Below, piece by piece: positions 18,232 through 27,211 of a stretch of DNA of 28,098 bases. The position numbers were made by a program, and so were the translations under genes. Source of the stretch: Bacteriovoracia bacterium (GTDB lineage Bacteria; Bdellovibrionota; Bacteriovoracia; Bacteriovoracales; Bacteriovoracaceae); contig JBKHVI010000040.1 in NCBI GenBank assembly GCA_046570105.1, forward strand, positions 1 to 28,098, read 5' to 3'. The notes beneath the pieces were generated by a model. It did no database searches, was not told where the DNA came from, and worked only from the letters and a program-made list of their open reading frames with translations. Within the stretch, counting starts at the first letter, position 1. Each line of letters opens with the position of its first letter.

Positions 18232-19220
18232 AGTTTTAAACCTGAGGCCTGATAAACTTTCTCGACCGTGACTGCGGCACGAGCTCTCGCAGCGAGAGCG
18301 CCTTTCTTCATCAACTCATCAAGATAATCTTTGTTTTTCATCAGATCATCATACTTGGCCTTGACCGGACTCAAGGTCTGCACGACAAGCTCCGCCAGAT
18401 CGACTTTTAAATGGCCATACATCTTACCGACATAGAGCGCTTCGATTTCAGCAATGGTTTTGTTACTTAGGACAGAATAAATCGTCATCAGGTTTGAAAG
18501 CCCGGGTTTATTTTCGGCATCAAACTTAATAACTGTGTCTGAGTCAGTGGCAGCAGATTTAATTTTCTTCTCAATTTTTTTTGCGTCATCAATAATGGAC
18601 ACAAAGTTTTTATCGTTCTCATCTGACTTCGACATTTTTTTGGTGGGGTCTTGCAGCGACATCACACGTGCGCCCATCTTACCTACATAGGCTTCTGGCA
18701 TTTTCAAAATGCCTTCACCGTAGCGATTATTCCAAAATCCGACGATGTCACGACAGAGTTCCATATGTTGGCGCTGATCTTCGCCCACTGGCACCATGTC
18801 AGCTTGGTAGAGCAAAATATCGGCCGCCATCAAAACTGGATAAGTAAACAAACCAGCGTTGATATTCTTGGTATGCTTCTCAGCCTTCTCTTTAAACTGA
18901 GTCATGCGATTCAAATAACCCATCGGCGTGAGGCACGTGAGAATCCACATCAATTGCGTGTGCTCAGGAACATGAGACTGAACAAAGATGGTATTTTTTT
19001 GTGGATCAAGTCCAAGGGCCAAGTACTGAGCAAAAAAACTATAAGTGCGCTCACGCAACACTTTGGGATCTTGCTCAACAGTGAGCGCATGGAGATCGGC
19101 CAAGAAATATAAACAGTCATATTGATCTTGGAGTTTCGTCCAATTATTGATCGCACCAATATAATTTCCCAGAGTCAAATCACCGGTGACGGTACTGCCG
19201 CTTAGAATGGTCTTTTTCAT
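18228..19220 (-). CDS. trpS: Tryptophan--tRNA ligase
   Basis: TLGN (HIGH equivalent), YPVLMAADIL, VPVGEDQ and KMSKS. Likely start MKKTILSG at 19220. Confidence 0.96.
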   Translation of the reverse strand: MKKTILSGSTVTGDLTLGNYIGAINNWTKLQDQYDCLYFLADLHALTVEQDPKVLRERTYSFFAQYLALGLDPQKNTIFVQSHVPEHTQLMWILTCLTPMGYLNRMTQFKEKAEKHTKNINAGLFTYPVLMAADILLYQADMVPVGEDQRQHMELCRDIVGFWNNRYGEGILKMPEAYVGKMGARVMSLQDPTKKMSKSDENDKNFVSIIDDAKKIEKKIKSAATDSDTVIKFDAENKPGLSNLMTIYSVLSNKTIAEIEALYVGKMYGHLKVDLAELVVQTLSPVKAKYDDLMKNKDYLDELMKKGALAARARAAVTVEKVYQASGLKL

Positions 19221-19388
19221 AGGAAGAAGTATAACCAGCTCCGAGAGCTTTTGCCTTCCCCAAAAGCCAGCTGCGCCACGCATCAAAAGGCTGTTTTTTC
19301 ATAGTCATAGAGAGTCAGAAAAAAAGGGATGTCACAGCGACCCGGGATATGGTCTAAGAACAGAAGAATCCATTTAAACGGAGCCTTT

Positions 19389-20309
19389 ATGAAACGCCTC
19401 TTCTTTGCGCTGAGTTTCCTCATGAGTTTGAGCGCTCACGCACAAATTTCTCTCTGGCCCACCATCCCATTCATGCGCGGAGCTGATCTTTGTCAGTTTC
19501 AAGAGGCCTACGGACAAACTCGCCAACAAACCATGCGTGAAGCTGCCGATGTCGCTTACGACTTTCTCCTTTCAGGTCACTACGGCAATGCCGTTCAACT
19601 CCTTTATCGTTTAAACGATCTCGTCACACGCAATCGTCAACTGGCGACTCAAGGCAATGGTCTTGATGTGACTCTTGAATCAACTCTGCATGGCTATGTG
19701 GATCGTCTTTATGTTCAATACAAACCACGTGAGAAAAAAATTCATTTCACTCATGCTCGGCCCTTGATGGATGTGATCGCTCGTCAAGAACGTCAAGTCG
19801 ATGAAGCACTTCTTAATCGCCTCACAGGTTTTGCCTATGGAACATATTCATATGCACCAGGATGTAAGGGTGATTTGCTTGTGACTCTTACTGTTGTTTC
19901 GAAAGGCGGCCGCACGGAAACCTTCATGGCGCAAAATAAACCACAACATGTGATGGGTGATATTGCTTCACGCATGTTTGAGGCCTACCAGCGCACCACT
20001 TTCCCAACAAGTCTTCGTATTGGTACTCGCACCATTAAACTCTTGGGTGGTCTCAATAACTCCGTTGATCGCGCTCGCACGACTGAACAAGCCGAGGTCG
20101 CATGTGCCACCCTTGATGGCCGACTTCCGACTAAGGATGAATACGAAGCCATCTCACTTTATGGAGATTGGTCAGGTGGCGTATCCTTGAATAATGGTAC
20201 CTGGGCACTGGCCGGCGGATACGTTTATCACGCCCCCTTCAGAACTCACCCAGTTAGACAGCCTTGGGAAGTGAACGCTGAGGAATACCTGTACTATTGC
20301 GTCCAGTAA
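19389..20309 (+). CDS. Exported hypothetical protein with a possible C-type-lectin-like C-terminal domain
   Basis: Signal peptide ending AHA, GGAG RBS, C-terminal AEVACATLDGRLPT..E and YYCV pattern. Confidence 0.75.
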   Translation: MKRLFFALSFLMSLSAHAQISLWPTIPFMRGADLCQFQEAYGQTRQQTMREAADVAYDFLLSGHYGNAVQLLYRLNDLVTRNRQLATQGNGLDVTLESTLHGYVDRLYVQYKPREKKIHFTHARPLMDVIARQERQVDEALLNRLTGFAYGTYSYAPGCKGDLLVTLTVVSKGGRTETFMAQNKPQHVMGDIASRMFEAYQRTTFPTSLRIGTRTIKLLGGLNNSVDRARTTEQAEVACATLDGRLPTKDEYEAISLYGDWSGGVSLNNGTWALAGGYVYHAPFRTHPVRQPWEVNAEEYLYYCVQ

Positions 20310-20346
20310 GCCTTTAAGGCCCGGCCCTTTTATCCGATAAGAGGGC

Positions 20347-21186
20347 ATGCGTGATCAAATCAAAATTCTTGCTCAACCGAGTGTGAGTCAGTGGGTCTTG
20401 CGAGTCACACTCAACTGGCTTGAGATCACCACCATTTTCTTTGGCATGTTTTATTTTCGCCATTGGGCGACTGATGTCTTGGGACTTTTACTTTTAGGTA
20501 CTCGTCAGCACGCTCTTGCTCTCCTGGCCCACGAAGCGATTCATAAAAGTATCTCGCGCAATAAATACTTGAACGACATTCTTGGCAATACACTTTCATC
20601 TCTTCCTATTTTCCAATCACTCGGTTTTTTTAAAGCGTTTCATCTCAATCATCATGCTTATATGCTGAGTGAAAAAGATCCTGAAGTGCATGTCAGGCTC
20701 AAGAGTCCTAAAAAATGGGGCGTACCTCTCACCAAGTGGGGGCGCTGGAAAATTCTCATCACAGATTTAAGCGGCATTGGTTATCTCGACACTCGTCATG
20801 CTTTGCCTTTCATTGTTCCCAGCTTAAAGGCCATCGACGTCATAGCTCCCACCGTGTTTTGGACAGTCGTTATTTACGTCTCAATCAAACTCAATTCCGG
20901 TTGGATCCCGCTCTACTGGACCATCGCATTCGTGACATCTTATTGGGCGATGTTTCGTCAGCGTGCACTCACCGAGCATATTGGCACCGACTCAACTCAC
21001 AAAATTATCGCCAATCCCATTCAGCGCTTCTTCTATCTGCCTCACAACACCTGGTATCACTTCGAGCATCACATCAATGCCAATGTACCATGCTGGAATC
21101 TTCCTAAACTGCGCGCGCTTTCAAGCGAGAAAGATTTTATTACCGTCAATGAGATGTTTGAGAAGTTGTCGCAGACTAAAGCTTAA
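20347..21186 (+). CDS. Membrane fatty-acid desaturase family protein
   Basis: Three His boxes (HEAIH, HLNHH, HFEHH) plus TM segments. Confidence 0.9.
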   Translation: MRDQIKILAQPSVSQWVLRVTLNWLEITTIFFGMFYFRHWATDVLGLLLLGTRQHALALLAHEAIHKSISRNKYLNDILGNTLSSLPIFQSLGFFKAFHLNHHAYMLSEKDPEVHVRLKSPKKWGVPLTKWGRWKILITDLSGIGYLDTRHALPFIVPSLKAIDVIAPTVFWTVVIYVSIKLNSGWIPLYWTIAFVTSYWAMFRQRALTEHIGTDSTHKIIANPIQRFFYLPHNTWYHFEHHINANVPCWNLPKLRALSSEKDFITVNEMFEKLSQTKA

Positions 21187-22048
21187 TCCAAGCTAGTGAT
21201 CCAGCACTCACGATAATCCACATTAATAATCCAAATACTAATGGCCTTACACCTACAGTCTTGAGCAATTGTAAATTACAGGTGAGACCAATCAAGAACA
21301 TAGTGAGAGCGAATCCCAACTTGCAAACTTGTACTGTCCCGATTTTCACAGACGACGGCATATCAATGAAAGTAAAGAGGACTGAAACCAATAAAAAGGC
21401 GACGATAAACCATGGGATGGAAAATCTTCTGTTGTTCGACTTAACAATGATTCCTGCCATCAAAGTGAGGGGAATAATCCAGAGTGCGCGCGTGAGCTTG
21501 ACTGTTGTAGCCACCTCAAGCGCCTTCTCACCATAAATTGCACCAGCGGCAACAACTGAACTTGTGTCATGAATCGCCAGTGCGGCCCAAAGACCAAACT
21601 GTTCTTGAGTGAGCTGGAAAAATTCGCCCACAAAAGGAAAGAGATATACCGCAAGTGCATTCAACATAAAGACTATGCCAATTGATACACCTATCGCTGT
21701 GGCATCAGCGGCAATCACAGGCGCCAGCGCTCCAATGGCAGAGCCTCCGCAAATAGCCGTGCCCATCGTCAAAAGCCAGCCCAATTTGTTTTCAATTTTA
21801 AAGGATTTAATTCCTAGCCAACCCAGCACAAATACCAAAATAATACTTACTGCCGTTATCCCAAGACCTTCAGCACCCTGTTTAATGACTTCGTGAAAAT
21901 TAAGTGATGCGCCCAATAGCACAACACTCCACTGCAAGAGTTTACCACTCCACACTTTTGCATTTTTCTGCCACTCAACTTTTAAGGGGATAAAGCTAGC
22001 GATAGCAATACCCAAGAGGAGTGTCCATTGCGGAGATATGATAGTCAT
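21176..22048 (-). CDS. YeiH/putative sulfate exporter family membrane protein
   Basis: GTAICGGSAIGA, AIHDTSSVVAAG and ATTVKLTRALW motifs. Confidence 0.92.
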   Translation of the reverse strand: MTIISPQWTLLLGIAIASFIPLKVEWQKNAKVWSGKLLQWSVVLLGASLNFHEVIKQGAEGLGITAVSIILVFVLGWLGIKSFKIENKLGWLLTMGTAICGGSAIGALAPVIAADATAIGVSIGIVFMLNALAVYLFPFVGEFFQLTQEQFGLWAALAIHDTSSVVAAGAIYGEKALEVATTVKLTRALWIIPLTLMAGIIVKSNNRRFSIPWFIVAFLLVSVLFTFIDMPSSVKIGTVQVCKLGFALTMFLIGLTCNLQLLKTVGVRPLVFGLLMWIIVSAGSLAWIKL

Positions 22049-22139
22049 CTTCTCATCTTATAGGTTCAGAATACCGCTTTGCTAGGCTAAATTGAATCAT
22101 TCTCAATGACTTGCGACTAAGCTAGTCTTAGTAATAAGT

Positions 22140-23012
22140 ATGACCGATCAAAATCACAATACCCAACTGACCTATCACCTTAAAGGAACCGAATTCTGGT
22201 TTGATACCGTCATCCTCGTCGCTATTTGGTCATCGACTCTTCTTATACCGAAACATCTCGAAATTTTTCCCGGCGCTACTCTCTTATCCATCATCAAAAT
22301 TGTCGCTTTGTTGGCCAGTCTACAAATGATGGGCTTCTTTGCTTATCATCTGGCCGGTAAGCGTGCGGGACTCATGATTCAAGGCTTCTTAGGTGGTTTC
22401 GTCTCAAGCACCATGACCTATCTACAATTCACCCAGCAAGACGAGTTCGCTCATCACAATCGCTGGACAGTCAGCCGCGCACTTCTTTTGTCGACTGTCG
22501 CTATGCTTGCAGAATGCATCTTCATTATTCTCACTCTCGCAACTCACTCAACCTGGCCGCTCATTCTTCCTATCCTTACACAGCTAGCTATCATTACACT
22601 GATTGTTTTCCTACTTCCTGCCAGCACAGGCTCACAAGCCAGTGCTAACAAGAAACTCATTGTGGATGAGCCTATCATCTGGAAGAAAGTGATCTACTTC
22701 TCGCTCTTAATTCTATTTTTAATTTATTCGATGCGTTTTGTTTCTCAGCATCTCTCTCTCAACTACATGATCAGCGCCTTCATCATGTCACTCTTTGAAT
22801 CCCACGGAGTCCTCGCCGCCGCCATCACCGAATTCAACACTTCTCCATCACCTGATCAAGGCCAAATCGCCGTCCTCGTCATTCTCCTCGGCAACGTCAT
22901 CAGCAAATCCTTTTTCGTCCTACGAGGAAAGAATCACGCCATCCGAAAAACTGTTATCGGATCGCTGGCCGGATCATTACTACTTGTTACAGGTGTGACG
23001 TTTTTGATTTAG
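22140..23012 (+). CDS. DUF4010-like membrane protein
   Basis: GFLGGFVSSTMT resembles the DUF4010 GGxVSST signature; many TM helices. Confidence 0.7.
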   Translation: MTDQNHNTQLTYHLKGTEFWFDTVILVAIWSSTLLIPKHLEIFPGATLLSIIKIVALLASLQMMGFFAYHLAGKRAGLMIQGFLGGFVSSTMTYLQFTQQDEFAHHNRWTVSRALLLSTVAMLAECIFIILTLATHSTWPLILPILTQLAIITLIVFLLPASTGSQASANKKLIVDEPIIWKKVIYFSLLILFLIYSMRFVSQHLSLNYMISAFIMSLFESHGVLAAAITEFNTSPSPDQGQIAVLVILLGNVISKSFFVLRGKNHAIRKTVIGSLAGSLLLVTGVTFLI

Positions 23013-23046
23013 TAATTACTATCTAGATTTGATGGAAAATGAGTCC

Positions 23047-23080
23047 AAAAAAACAAAAGGCTCCGCGAGGGAGCCTTTTG
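23047..23080. terminator. Bidirectional Rho-independent terminator
   Basis: CAAAAGGCTCC-GCGAG-GGAGCCTTTTG perfect 11-bp stem with flanking A/T tracts, between the DUF4010-like gene and tRNA-fMet. Confidence 0.88.
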
Positions 23081-23090
23081 ATTAAAAAAT

Positions 23091-23167
<77 letters not shown>

Positions 23168-23181
23168 TCAGAAGTGCTTGA

Positions 23182-23211
23182 AAAATAGCTGATTTGGGCA
23201 CTGACTGTCTA
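23182..23211 (-). promoter_or_regulatory. Candidate sigma70 promoter of tRNA-fMet
   Basis: Minus strand TAGACA-18 bp-TATTTT, ending 14 nt upstream of the tRNA. Confidence 0.5.
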
Positions 23212-23351
23212 CATATATCTGAGTGCTGTGCACTGTTTAATGAGTGCGTCATAACCGACTAGAGCGCTTTGCTCCTGTAAAAACCCTTAAAATTCCACGG
23301 AGTTCTGCCGAGAAGTTTTCTTGAGTGAACTTTTCTTAAAGGATTACCTGC

Positions 23352-23666
23352 ATGAACAAAGTCATTAACACCTCATCAACTGAACTCGTGTTGAAAGTGG
23401 AAACACATGACTTAACTCCCATGCAAGTGCGTTTGCTCAAACACGCACACACACTTCTCGTGCACGTTCTCGCTGCCGAAGATGAAACTGAATATTTCGA
23501 AGCATCAGCACAACTCTTGAAGCAGGCCATGCAGTTGGTGAAAAACGCTAACTTCCCGACTCTTTCTAAAGACGGCATTCCCTACGGCGAACAAGCGGTG
23601 GAATATGCTTTGGAAACTTTGACTGAATCTCTAGGCGCGCAAGGTTTGTCGAATCTCGACAACTAA
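23352..23666 (+). CDS. Hypothetical protein (helical)
   Basis: 104-aa ORF with an AAGGA RBS and natural-looking composition. Confidence 0.7.
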   Translation: MNKVINTSSTELVLKVETHDLTPMQVRLLKHAHTLLVHVLAAEDETEYFEASAQLLKQAMQLVKNANFPTLSKDGIPYGEQAVEYALETLTESLGAQGLSNLDN

Positions 23667-24763
23667 CGCAAGAGACCTGCCACAAACGGTATTACTTCAA
23701 TCGCAATCAAGACGATGATGATCATCTCCATCAGATGACTGCGACTCTCCGACACTCTCGAATGCAGAAGTTTTGAAACCTCGGCCAAATTACTGAGCTT
23801 CTCATTAATACTTTTCTGCCAATCACTAAAACGGAAACGCTGACTCGCGACTCGGAAGATCGTTGCGAGATAAAAATCCCCTACGACCTTAAGCGAGTTC
23901 TCGACGTTCTCAACCACTTCAGCGATTTCAAGATAGATCTGGCCCGCTTCTTCAGCGTGACGAGAATAGATGTTACTTAAGATGCCCGGTTTCTTTCCTG
24001 CTACTGATTTATAAAGGGTATCAAGCTTTTCATCCAAGACATCATCGTAATAGCGCATCTCTAAAAGCTGCGAGTTCGCAAACTCCAACACCATCGGCAC
24101 GTCCATTGATCCCGAAGGTTCAATCACAAGTGCCGAGTTCCAATCAATCACCGCGAGATCATCGCGACTGTATTGATAGGTCGCATCTCTAACTGTTTTC
24201 TTCACTTGGTCAGACAATTTTTCTTTGGTCTCTGCCATCATGAGAGCAGCGACATCGGCCTTCTCAAAAAGATCAATCGCGCCGTTTTCAAGGCCTGTCA
24301 CTTCTTGCAAGAAATAGATGACGTAGTCCTCGTAGGTGCTCCAATCATTTTGAATCGGAATCGCTGATTTAATTTCTGCTTGAAAATCACGGGCCTTGGT
24401 TCGTGCCACCAGATCAAGTTCTTGATCGCGCTCGAGCCAGGCAGAGAGCTTTACAAGGTCATCCCAAGAACAATTCTCTGGGATCGGAATATGGAATGAG
24501 AGCGACATGCCACCGAAGTGCCAGACACGAATATCCAGCTCGGCCTGAACTGTTTGTCCCTGAAGATTCAGTTCAGTGGGTCCCAAATGTACCGTTAAAG
24601 GCGCTGTGGCAATAACAAGGCTGGTTTTACCGGGACGATCAAGACGAAAGCGTGTGGTGTTCTGCTTCTGTTGCATGAGACGAGTCACCACTTCGAGATC
24701 GACTTCAGAGCCGATCTCGTAAAAGCGGTAAACTAGAATCTTGCCACGCTTGATACTAATCAC
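23663..24763 (-). CDS. Conserved hypothetical protein, RMD1/DUF155-like with C-terminal TM helix
   Basis: DWNSALV..LEFANSQLLEMRYYD and a terminal LMEMIIIVLIAIE helix. Starts 3 nt after the rluB stop. Confidence 0.65.
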   Translation of the reverse strand: MISIKRGKILVYRFYEIGSEVDLEVVTRLMQQKQNTTRFRLDRPGKTSLVIATAPLTVHLGPTELNLQGQTVQAELDIRVWHFGGMSLSFHIPIPENCSWDDLVKLSAWLERDQELDLVARTKARDFQAEIKSAIPIQNDWSTYEDYVIYFLQEVTGLENGAIDLFEKADVAALMMAETKEKLSDQVKKTVRDATYQYSRDDLAVIDWNSALVIEPSGSMDVPMVLEFANSQLLEMRYYDDVLDEKLDTLYKSVAGKKPGILSNIYSRHAEEAGQIYLEIAEVVENVENSLKVVGDFYLATIFRVASQRFRFSDWQKSINEKLSNLAEVSKLLHSRVSESRSHLMEMIIIVLIAIEVIPFVAGLLR

Positions 24764-24766
24764 AAT

Positions 24767-25753
24767 TTATCCCTGAACGCCTGGAGTAGCTGTCGGCGCT
24801 CCGCCGGCTTCTTCTTGTGCTTTAAGAGCAGCGAGCTCTTTAATGCTCTTCACTGTTTCATAGTATTTGTCTTTGCGGAAACCTTGGTAGCGACGATCGT
24901 TCGCTGGACGAGCGGTTTTGCCAACCATTTTAGTGGCACGCTTCACATCAACCGTTTTCTTGGCCGATACGAATTGCGGACGAGTGTGAGTCACACGTTC
25001 ACCGTCATCATTCATACCAAGAGCTTTCAGAAGTTCTTTCTTTGAGAGGAAAGTAAACTGACCGATAGGAAGACCTTGAATCGTAAGACCTTCGATGGCG
25101 ACACGACGAAGTTTATCAACGGTTAAGTCGAGTGCTTCACAGATTTTACGAATCTCGCGGTTCTTGCCTTCAGAGAGACGGAACTCAAGCCAAGTTTTGT
25201 TCGGCAACTGCTCGATCATACGAACGCTTTTTGGCTTCATAAGACCATCTTCTGTCATCACACCTTGGCGGATTTTATCCATCAAAGCTTCGTTCACGTG
25301 ACCGAAAACTTTTACTTCGTAAACTTTGGTGACTTCATAGCGAGGGTGCATGATCTTATTGGCCATCTCACCGTCGTTGGTTAAAAGCAAAAGACCTTCT
25401 GAGAGGTAGTCCAAGCGACCGACAGGATAAAGACGAGTCGGAACACCCCATACCAAGTCCATCACGGTTTTGCGGCCTTCAGGATCACTGACTGTCGTTA
25501 CATAAGCGCGTGGCTTATTGAGAAGAACATACACTTTCTCAATCGACATCAGATCGATGACTTTATCATCGACTGAGATAACATCGACATGCGGATTCAC
25601 ACGTGTGCCTAGCTCCACGACGACAAGGCCGTTCACGGCAACACGGCCTTCAGTGATGAGAACTTCGGCCTTACGGCGCGAACACACACCACAATCAGCG
25701 ATGACTTTTTGTAGACGAATTTCAAGATTTTGCGGGTTAGATGCCTTAGGCAT
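24767..25753 (-). CDS. rluB: rRNA pseudouridine synthase, RsuA/RluB family
   Basis: S4 domain (RLQKVIADCGVCSRRKAE), catalytic GRLD, EGKNREIR, canonical position after scpAB. Confidence 0.88.
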   Translation of the reverse strand: MPKASNPQNLEIRLQKVIADCGVCSRRKAEVLITEGRVAVNGLVVVELGTRVNPHVDVISVDDKVIDLMSIEKVYVLLNKPRAYVTTVSDPEGRKTVMDLVWGVPTRLYPVGRLDYLSEGLLLLTNDGEMANKIMHPRYEVTKVYEVKVFGHVNEALMDKIRQGVMTEDGLMKPKSVRMIEQLPNKTWLEFRLSEGKNREIRKICEALDLTVDKLRRVAIEGLTIQGLPIGQFTFLSKKELLKALGMNDDGERVTHTRPQFVSAKKTVDVKRATKMVGKTARPANDRRYQGFRKDKYYETVKSIKELAALKAQEEAGGAPTATPGVQG

Positions 25754-25808
25754 ACAATGCTCCTTTCTGCCTCCCGGCAGTAAGTTAATAAGAATGGATG
25801 AACGCGTT

Positions 25809-27191
25809 CTACTCTACTTGCGTCGAGCTGTCATCCCCAGGCAGCGCCTCATTCAAAAAGCTCAGGTCAAGATCCATATCCATCCCCTGCTTAATGGCGC
25901 TATCTACTGTAAAATCCAAGGATTTAAGCTGCTCATCGAGGTCACCCTCAAGCTCAGCGCGAGCAGGTAAACGCTCGCCAGTGAGGTTCGCGAAGGCCTC
26001 ATCAAGCGCCAATTCAAGCTCACGGGCCTCGTCTTCAAGCGCTTCACCTTCAAAGGTCTGAGCGGTAGCTTCGATTGAATCGGTTTCTTCCAAGATCGCC
26101 GCACGATGCTCGCGCTCCCATTCCTCGTCGATTTCTGGTGCATTGAGAACACCTTCGAAAGCGACATCAGCAAGCTTGGGCTCAATCGCTGTCATCGGTG
26201 GCTCAGAGGCAACGGCTTCACGATTTTGGCGAACCGTCTCTTCACGTAAAACGAACTCTTCGAGGATATCAAAAGCCGAACGCTTCACGCCTTCGGCTCC
26301 ATCAATTCTGCGCTTCTCTTCTTGCTTCAACAGCATGGTGAAGTCAGTTTCAGACGCGATGTCTTTAATGCTCTCAGAGAGCTTATCGAGCTCTTCGAGT
26401 TCATCGAAGTCGAACTTCTTCTTATCTCCGCCAAAGACAACACTCTTAATATCAGCGATGGCCGCTACTTCTGGACGAGTCGCCAATTCTGCGAGCTCAT
26501 TCTCTGGTGGCAATTGATCGATGTTCGCGAGGTTAAAGACCTCTAAGAATTCTTCTGTCGTGCCAAAGACTGATGGGCGGCCCAATTCTTCTGAGCGGCC
26601 AGTGATTTTCACCAAACGCTTGTCCATCAAGGCGCGCACGATGTGTGAGCTATCGACGCCACGAATTTTTTCTATTTCAGTTTTAGATACTGGTTGCTTG
26701 TAAGCAATGATCGCCAAAACTTCGAGAGCTGTTGGTGTAAGCACCAAGCTCTGCACTTTGAAAAGATTCTGCACAAACTTAGCGTAAGTGGCTTTCGTGC
26801 GGAACTGGTAACCATCAGCGATCTCGACTAAGCGGATACCGTGATGTTTTTCTTCGTAACCAAGTTGTAATTTAGAGAGCGCTTCATGAAGCACGCGTAA
26901 AGGAAGCTCTTCATCAATTTGAGCTTTGATTTTTTGCAACGAGATCGGACGATCCGACATAAAAATAAGTGTTTCAACTGAACCGCAGAGCGTGTCGAAA
27001 TTCAAACCGGTGCGCGCTTGCCAGAGTTTGTCTTCCTGCTCTTTCTGATCGTAGTGATTGAGTTCAAGCGCGAAGCCCTCTTCGGCTTTAGGTTCATCAA
27101 CCATATCCACATTAATCGCTGCTGCCGCCTCAAGCGCCAGATCGAGTTCTGTTTCAGTTGTTAGATCCCACGAATAGTTAATCTCAGTCAC
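25809..27191 (-). CDS. scpB: SMC-Scp complex subunit ScpB with long acidic extensions
   Basis: GYQFRT, ALEVLAIIAYKQPVSKTEIEKIRGV and GRPSVFGTTEEFL motifs. Confidence 0.93.
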   Translation of the reverse strand: MTEINYSWDLTTETELDLALEAAAAINVDMVDEPKAEEGFALELNHYDQKEQEDKLWQARTGLNFDTLCGSVETLIFMSDRPISLQKIKAQIDEELPLRVLHEALSKLQLGYEEKHHGIRLVEIADGYQFRTKATYAKFVQNLFKVQSLVLTPTALEVLAIIAYKQPVSKTEIEKIRGVDSSHIVRALMDKRLVKITGRSEELGRPSVFGTTEEFLEVFNLANIDQLPPENELAELATRPEVAAIADIKSVVFGGDKKKFDFDELEELDKLSESIKDIASETDFTMLLKQEEKRRIDGAEGVKRSAFDILEEFVLREETVRQNREAVASEPPMTAIEPKLADVAFEGVLNAPEIDEEWEREHRAAILEETDSIEATAQTFEGEALEDEARELELALDEAFANLTGERLPARAELEGDLDEQLKSLDFTVDSAIKQGMDMDLDLSFLNEALPGDDSSTQVE

Positions 27192-27211
27192 GTCTTACTC
27201 CTTACGGATTT

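Noticed and set aside
19169..19200. TrpRS lacking a literal HIGH motif
   Set aside because: TLGN/TIGN is the normal equivalent in many bacterial TrpRS enzymes.
19221..19388. Extended starts for trpS (19286) and the divergent ORF (19329), and a possible T-box or attenuator leader
   Set aside because: The extensions are not homologous-looking. The spacer shows no T-box consensus, terminator or Trp-rich leader peptide.
19990..20309. Diversity-generating retroelement target (CLec-like C-terminus)
   Set aside because: No reverse transcriptase and no near-identical template repeat was seen in the window.
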